DNA of 64,000 nt, taken from positions 31,638 to 95,637 of the forward strand of contig CAVTZI010000045.1 of assembly GCA_963739105.1 (NCBI GenBank). Direction: 5' to 3'. Positions 57,859-64,000 of the stretch are shown here, piece by piece (position 1 is the stretch's first letter; each line of letters opens with the position of its first letter). The notes under the pieces were generated by a model, which saw only the letters and a list, made by a program, of their open reading frames with translations, was not told where the DNA came from and did no database searches. A program made the translations under genes and the position numbers. The DNA comes from an uncultured Bacteroidota bacterium. Its GTDB lineage: Bacteria; Bacteroidota; Bacteroidia; Cytophagales; Cyclobacteriaceae.

Positions 57859-58988
57859 ATGACATTGATTATTATCTTACTTTTTTTCTTCTACCTTATT
57901 TTTGTGGGACTGCTAACCGTTGGTTGGGATAAATCTGTTCGAGGACATGTCTTTCCCGATCACGACGAGAATCCTTTGCTCTCCATCGTCATTCCTGTTC
58001 GAAATGAACAAGCAGGCATTATTCATTTATTGGAAGACATTCGAAATCAATCTTATCAAAACTTTGAAGTAATTGTTGTCAACGATAGCTCTCGCGATAA
58101 TACTGCGGATATCGTTTTAAATTTTACTTCTCAGGACGCAAGGTTTAGGTTTCTTGCCAGTCGGGGTGAAGGAAAAAAGGCGGCGTTAACAACCGGGATC
58201 AATGCTAGCCGTGGCGAAATCATTGTGACGACTGACGGTGATTGCCGCGTCAAAGTGGATTGGCTTAAAGCTGTGCAAAAATATTTTCAGGCCCATGATA
58301 CAAAAATGGTTTTCGGTGCCGTGAAACTTGAAGGCTCTTCATTTTTTTCTGTGCTTCAGTCACACGAATTTTTGAGTCTTGTCGGAACAGGAGCTGCGAC
58401 CATGTGGTATGGTGTTCCTTCGATGTGTAACGGTGCCAATCTCGCTTTTCGAAAAGGTGTATTTTTTGAGGTAGGGGCTATGCGAACAATTTACACATCC
58501 CTTCTGGAGATGATGAATTTTTGATGCGGAAAATTTTTCAATTGTATCCCAAAGGAATTTGCTTTTTATCGGATAGTAAAGGAGTTGTTAAAACGACGGC
58601 GTCCATGGATCTGAAAGAATTTGTGCATCAACGCGTTCGTTGGGCGGGCAAATGGAAACATAACGTCTCTTCCTGGAACGCCGTTCTGGCAATTTTTATT
58701 TTTTGTTTTCAGGTGTCTGTGCTTCTGTTAGCGGTTGGTCTCGCGCTGGGCTGGATCGGCGTTGGCTTAGGTGCTTCACTATTTTTTTTAAAGTTCATTG
58801 CTGAAGGAATTTTTTTAAAAAAAATTGCAAGGTTCGTAAAGGTTCCCTGGAAATGGCCAGCATTTGTTTTCCTCCAAATTTTTTATCCGATCTATGCCGT
58901 TTCAATCGCGTTAATTTCATCCTTTAGCACTTTTGAATGGAAAGGAAGAAAGCTAAAGTCGGTTGGTTTTAGCACCGTCATCAAATAG
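57859..58988 (+). CDS. Membrane glycosyltransferase family 2 (one indel)
   Basis: SIVIPVRNE, VVNDSS, GKKAAL, TTDGDC, QRVRWAGK. Confidence 0.9.
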
Positions 58989-59110
58989 TAAAAATGTACT
59001 ACACCTGGTAAAGATTTAAGTCCTCATATTCAGGCCTGAGGCACTCTCGTCCGAGAAAAAACGCCCTCAATACTCATAATCCATTTTAATCCTGTTTAAC
59101 TTTACGGTAT

Positions 59111-60333
59111 ATGACCGAACAGACCCTCAAAGCCAAATTTGAAATTAAGGAACTGGAACTAAATGCGTTGCTTGAGATAACCCAGGCGATCAACAATAAT
59201 TTATCGGAAGAATCTCTCTATAAAATCTATAATTTTACCCTTCGTTCGAATCTCAATATCCAAAAGTTAGCGCTTTTTGTACTGGACGATGACTGGAATT
59301 GCAAAGTAAGCTTCGGAACTAAAAAGCATTTTAATAAAGCGAACTTACTGCCGGCATTCAAAACCATCCAGGACATCACGCATCTGAAGGAATTTGAAGC
59401 GTGTGACTTTACTGTTTTTGATCTTATTATTCCCGTTGCGCACAAAGGCAACACCTTGGCCCTGGTTTTTGTTGGCGGGCTGGAAAAGGATGACTATCAT
59501 GACGATGATGGATAAAATTCATTCAGGCATTAAGCAACATCATCATCGTTGCAATCGAAAATAAAAAACTGGTTCGGAAACAATTGCAACAGGAATCTTT
59601 TCGAAAGGAACTTGAGATTGCCAGCGATGTTCAACAATTTCTTTTTCCCGAAAAACTGCCCAATACGGAAATATTGAAAATAGAGGCGAGCTATTTGCCG
59701 CACGATATGGTGGGAGGTGACTATTACGACTACATTCCCATCAATAAAAATCAATTTTTGATTTGTGTGGCGGATGTCAGTGGCAAAGGAATACCGGCAG
59801 CGTTGATGATGTCGAACTTTCAGGCCTCGTTGAGGACATTGCTTCGGCAAACGCCGAACCTTACCGACATTGTGGAAGCGTTAAATTTTCAGGTTCTTGA
59901 AAACACAAAAGGTGAAAAGTTTATCACATTTTTTGCGGCCATTTACGACATCCGGCTGAAAACGATGGTGTATGTTAATTCTGGCCACAATCCACCTATT
60001 TTAGTCGATAAGAAAAATGGAATTCGGCTGTTGGAGGAAGGGTCAACCGTTTTGGGCGCGATGCACCCGCTTCCATTTCTGAATGAGGGATTTCTCACAG
60101 ATCTCGATGATTTTTTACTTTTTTGTTTTACCGATGGACTAACGGAAACCGTTAATGAATCACAGCAAGAATTTGGAATGGAACGGCTGATGGAGTATTT
60201 CGAAATGGACGAAACGTACACAAAGGATTTGAAGGATATTCATCAGGACATTATTGTGGCGTTGGATAATTTTAAGGGACGCAATAGCTATCATGATGAT
60301 ATCACGATTCTTTCGTGCCGTGTAGGACAATGA
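59111..60333 (+). CDS. PP2C/SpoIIE-family Ser/Thr phosphatase (one indel)
   Basis: VGGDYYD, VADVSGKG, NSGHNPP, TDGLTE, DDITI. Confidence 0.92.
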
Positions 60334-60369
60334 ATTGTCTGAAGGCAGGAATTTTATAGGTTAAATTAA

Positions 60370-61000
60370 ATGGTTCACCGCACTCCTTTTTTCCTGCCGT
60401 GGTTTTACCCATCGCTGATATGGAGAATGCCATCCCAGGGCAATGAACTATACCTTACCTTCGACGATGGTCCCGTGTCTGGTCCCACAGAATTTGTTTT
60501 GGAAACATTGCAGAAGTTCGGCGCCCATGCTACTTTTTTTTGCATTGGCGAAAATATTCGAAAACACGAAACAGTATTCAAACAAATCATTAGTCACGGT
60601 CACACTATTGGCAATCATACTTATAATCACCTGAATGGATGGCAAACCAAAGCCAACGATTATCATAAGAATGTTAAAAAATGTGAACAGGAAATCGCTG
60701 CACATCGGACTGGCGAAGGATCTGTGAGGCTCTGTTCGTCCGCCTTATGGACGGATCACCCGCGATCAGATAAAAGCCTTGCCTGATTATCACATTATCA
60801 TGTGGGATGTACTTTCGGTCGATTACAATAAAAACCTTTCGCCTGAAAAGTGCCTGAAGAATACAATTGGTGCTACACGTTCGGGTTCAATCGTTGTATT
60901 CCATGATAGTTTTAAAGCTGAAAAGAATCTGGTATTTGCTTTACCTCGGTATCTGGAATACTTTGCAGACCGTGGTTTTACTTTTAAGAGTTTGAAGTTC
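60370..61000 (+). CDS. Polysaccharide deacetylase, NodB family (indel; 3' end uncertain)
   Basis: LTFDDGP, ATFFCIG, GNHTYNH, IVVFHD. Confidence 0.9.
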
Positions 61001-61090
61001 GAAGTTCGAGGTTCGAGGTTCGCGCGTAGCCAAGCATGCGTTGATAGCCTCGACCCAACTTCAAACTTCAAACTCGAAACTAGAAACTAA
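60991..61090. repeat. Inverted heptamer-repeat element (GAAGTTC/GAGGTTC vs AAACTTC/AAACTCG)
   Basis: ttgaagttcgaagttcgaggttcgaggttcg ... caacttcaaacttcaaactcgaaactagaaact. Confidence 0.8.
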
Positions 61091-61097
61091 ATAGAAC

Positions 61098-62182
61098 ATG
61101 AAGAAGATCTTGGTCACGCCGCTAGATTGGGGTTTAGGTCATGCTACCCGATGTATTCCGATCATCCAGGAATTACTAAACCGGGGATGTACAGTCCTTA
61201 TTGCTGGAAGCGGTGATTCCCTGTTGCTGCTAAAAAATGAATTCCCTCATCTCACTTTTTTCACATTGTCGGCATACAGTCCGGTATATTCCAGGACACA
61301 AAGCATGATATGGAAAATGGTGAGCCAGATACCAAAGTTTGCCGGCGTCATAAGAAAGGAACATCAGCAAATCGAAGCGCTCATCGAAGACCACGAAATT
61401 GATTTCCTCATTTCTGACAATCGCTATGGATGCTGGTCTTCAAAAATCCCGTCGGTATTTATGACCCATCAGCTCAATATTTTAATGCCCGAATAGTCTA
61501 AAATGGATTGAACCATTGATTAGGCTGATTAATAAAGGTTGATCGGAAAATTTTCGGCTTGTTGGATTCCAGACTACGCCGACAGGAGATACGAGCCTAT
61601 CGGGTAAGTTATCTGAGCACGACGATGCTTTCAATCGTGTTACTCACATCGGCCCATTGTCCCGGTTCCTTCACGTCAATAATGGAGAACATAAGTACGA
61701 TTTGGTATGTGTTTTTTCGGGCCCGAGCCTCAGCGGAATATTTTCACAGAGAAAGTTAGCGTGCAACTGCGAAGTTCTGGTCTTCGATACTTAATGATCA
61801 GGGGAGTCTATTCAGCGACTCGTTCTTCCGGGGAAAATGAAGTGGAGTTTTTAAACAGTGAAGGTTTACAAACGTTATTTCCCAATCGTCATTGGTAATC
61901 GCGCGAAGCGGATACAGTACCATAATGGATTTGGCGGTATTGGGAAAGAAAGGAATTTTAGTGCCGACGCCGGTCAGACAGAACAGGAGTATCTGGCGGA
62001 TCGATGGAAGCGGAAGGGTGTTTTTTATTCTGTGCCGCAAGCATGATTTTAATTTGCAGGCTGTTTTAGAGGAATCAAAATCATACACCGGATTCACGAA
62101 AGACGGGGGCCGGCAGGAACTGTCGAAACGCGTTGGACAAACTTTTGAATCGGCAAATAAAGGTCAAACGACAGACCATTAA
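61098..62182 (+). CDS. Glycosyltransferase, GT28-like (indels)
   Basis: PLDWGLGHATRCIP, ISDNRYG, GPEPQR, RSGYSTIMDL, GQTEQEYLA. Confidence 0.85.
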
Positions 62183-62266
62183 CATCTATTAGTTAGAGAG
62201 AGATTTCGTTATTATTAATAGTGTACCAACTGAACATCAATTCTATAAACGAATAACAGTAAAAAG

Positions 62267-62614
62267 ATGAGAGCCTTCCTCAGGAGTTTTATCTACGCGA
62301 TCCACGGACTCTGGTCAGGGATTGCGGATCAGCGAAACCTGAAATTTCAATTAGGTGTTGCTATAATTGTTGTTGGCGCAGGCTTTTACCTTACGATCAC
62401 AGCCACTGAATGGTGTATTATTTTGCTGTGTATCGCGATGGTTATTGGACTGGAATTAGTGAACACGGCGCTGGAAAATCTTGTCGACCTTGTCACCCTT
62501 GAGCGCAAGCCATTGGCAGGTAAAATAAAAGATATTGCAGCAGGGGCTGTGTTAATTGTTTCTATCTTATCGGTAATTATCGGTGTGATTATTTTTAGAA
62601 AGTACTTGATGTAG
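62267..62614 (+). CDS. dgkA: Diacylglycerol/undecaprenol kinase (DgkA family)
   Basis: ELVNTALENLVD, KDIAAGAVL. Confidence 0.92.
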   Translation: MRAFLRSFIYAIHGLWSGIADQRNLKFQLGVAIIVVGAGFYLTITATEWCIILLCIAMVIGLELVNTALENLVDLVTLERKPLAGKIKDIAAGAVLIVSILSVIIGVIIFRKYLM

Positions 62615-62717
62615 ATTGTTATATATCACAGATTAATAGGTCTCCTACCTTTTCGGGTGATATTGTTTGAACGAATGCTTTCACTTACAGATATTTGAAT
62701 TTCACAGAGACTATTCG

Positions 62718-63493
62718 ATGGATTTTTATATTGATACGCACGCGCATATTTATGCCGACGAGTTTAAAATGGATCTTGCTGATTTGCTTCACCGTTGTGA
62801 AGAGCAGCGTGTCGATAAAATTTTCATGCCGAATGTAGATCATTCGACGATTGACAAAATGTTGGAAGTGGAGCATCGCTGGCCTAAACAATGCCACGCC
62901 ATGATGGGTCTTCATCCATGCTCAGTCAAAAAGGATTTTGAACGCGAACTTTACCTCATCGAAGACTGGCTTTCCAAACGAAAATTTTCTGCGATAGGGG
63001 AGATCGGTACGGACCTTTATTGGGACAAGACATTTTGGGGGCAACAGCAGGAAGCGTTGGGCATTCAAATGATTGGGCCAAGAAATATGAATTCCAATCG
63101 TGTTACATTGTCGCGAAAGTCTAAACGAAACGATCGAGATGATCGAGAAGCTCCAGGACGGAAGCCTGAAGGGAATTTTTCATTGTTTTTCAGGAAACGT
63201 CGAACAAGCAAAAAAAATTTTTAAACTTGGATTTTACATTGGATTGGGAGGAGTCGTGACTTTTAAAAATGGAGGATTGGATAAAGTCCTGGGGGAAATT
63301 ACTTTGGAGAATACGGTGTTGGAAACTGATAGCCCTTATCTTGCCCCGGTGCCACACCGTGGTAAACGAAATGAGCCCGCCTACATTCCGTTAATTGCAT
63401 CAAAGGTGGCTGACGGTGACGAACAAATCCGTCGAAGAGGTTCGGAACGTAACAACTCAAAATGCCATGAATCTTTTCAATCACGCATCATGA
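62718..63493 (+). CDS. tatD: TatD family hydrolase (indels)
   Basis: IDTHAH, GLHP, IGEIG, LETDSPYLAP, HRGKRNEP. Confidence 0.9.
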
Positions 63494-64000
63494 ATCTAAA
63501 AAAAGTAAGTATTAATACAGCGTTGCCTGGAAAAGCACGTGCCCGTATTCTGATTATTTATACGGGCGGCACATTTGGTATGAGCTATGACAAAGACGGC
63601 GTGTTAACGCCGTTCAGCTTTGAATACATCCTGGATCAATTGCCTACCATGAAAAATCTGGCGCTGGACATCACTGCGGTGTCGTTTGAGACTCCCATCG
63701 ATTCTTCAAACATTAATCCTGAACATTGGCAACTCATTAGCAGTGTAATTTTTGATCAATATCATCAGCATGATGGTTTTGTTGTGTTACATGGAACGGA
63801 TACCATGGCGTATACCGCTTCGGCGTTAAGCTTTATGCTTGATGGCCTGAATAAGCCCGTTATTTTTACAGGTGCGCAATTGCCCATAAGCGAACCTCGT
63901 TCAGATGCTCGCGAAAATTTGCTTACGGCCCTGGACATTGCATCTGCCAGTGATCAGGATGCGCCTATTGTACCCGAGGTATGTATTTATTTTGACTACG
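63490..64000 (+). CDS. ansA: Type I L-asparaginase (runs off window end)
   Basis: Manual translation: IIYTGGTFGM, IDSSN, VVLHGTDTMAYTASALSF, TGAQLP. Confidence 0.92.
   Translation, partial: MNLKKVSINTALPGKARARILIIYTGGTFGMSYDKDGVLTPFSFEYILDQLPTMKNLALDITAVSFETPIDSSNINPEHWQLISSVIFDQYHQHDGFVVLHGTDTMAYTASALSFMLDGLNKPVIFTGAQLPISEPRSDARENLLTALDIASASDQDAPIVPEVCIYFDY

Overview
Ordinary chromosomal window from a Bacteroidota genome, most likely Cytophagales. This is inferred from the gene content, TAnnTTTG promoters and a T9SS type-B CTD protein. It carries housekeeping genes (ahcY, lgt, nadE, rnc, fabF, acpP, pyk, miaA, ruvC, dgkA, tatD, ansA), two ECF sigma loci, an NtrC/hybrid-kinase pair, a TetR-TolC-RND efflux operon and a surface-polysaccharide cluster. 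Many genes, including essential ones, are split by single-base indels, which points to an unpolished long-read or metagenomic consensus rather than real pseudogenes. No CRISPR array, rRNA, tRNA, transposase or phage gene was seen. Most interesting signal: six clear (plus one minimal) intergenic elements built from tandem 7-bp repeats arranged as inverted arms. Four different repeat units share one architecture, and the arms usually abut or contain the flanking stop and start codons. Also notable is a diverged ~1.3 kb duplication separated by ~910 bp almost devoid of cytosine, probably a chimeric assembly junction. There are also readable regulatory sites (paired ECF promoters, a sigma54 promoter with enhancer, a TetR operator), REP-like palindromes and an unannotated 34-aa membrane ORF.
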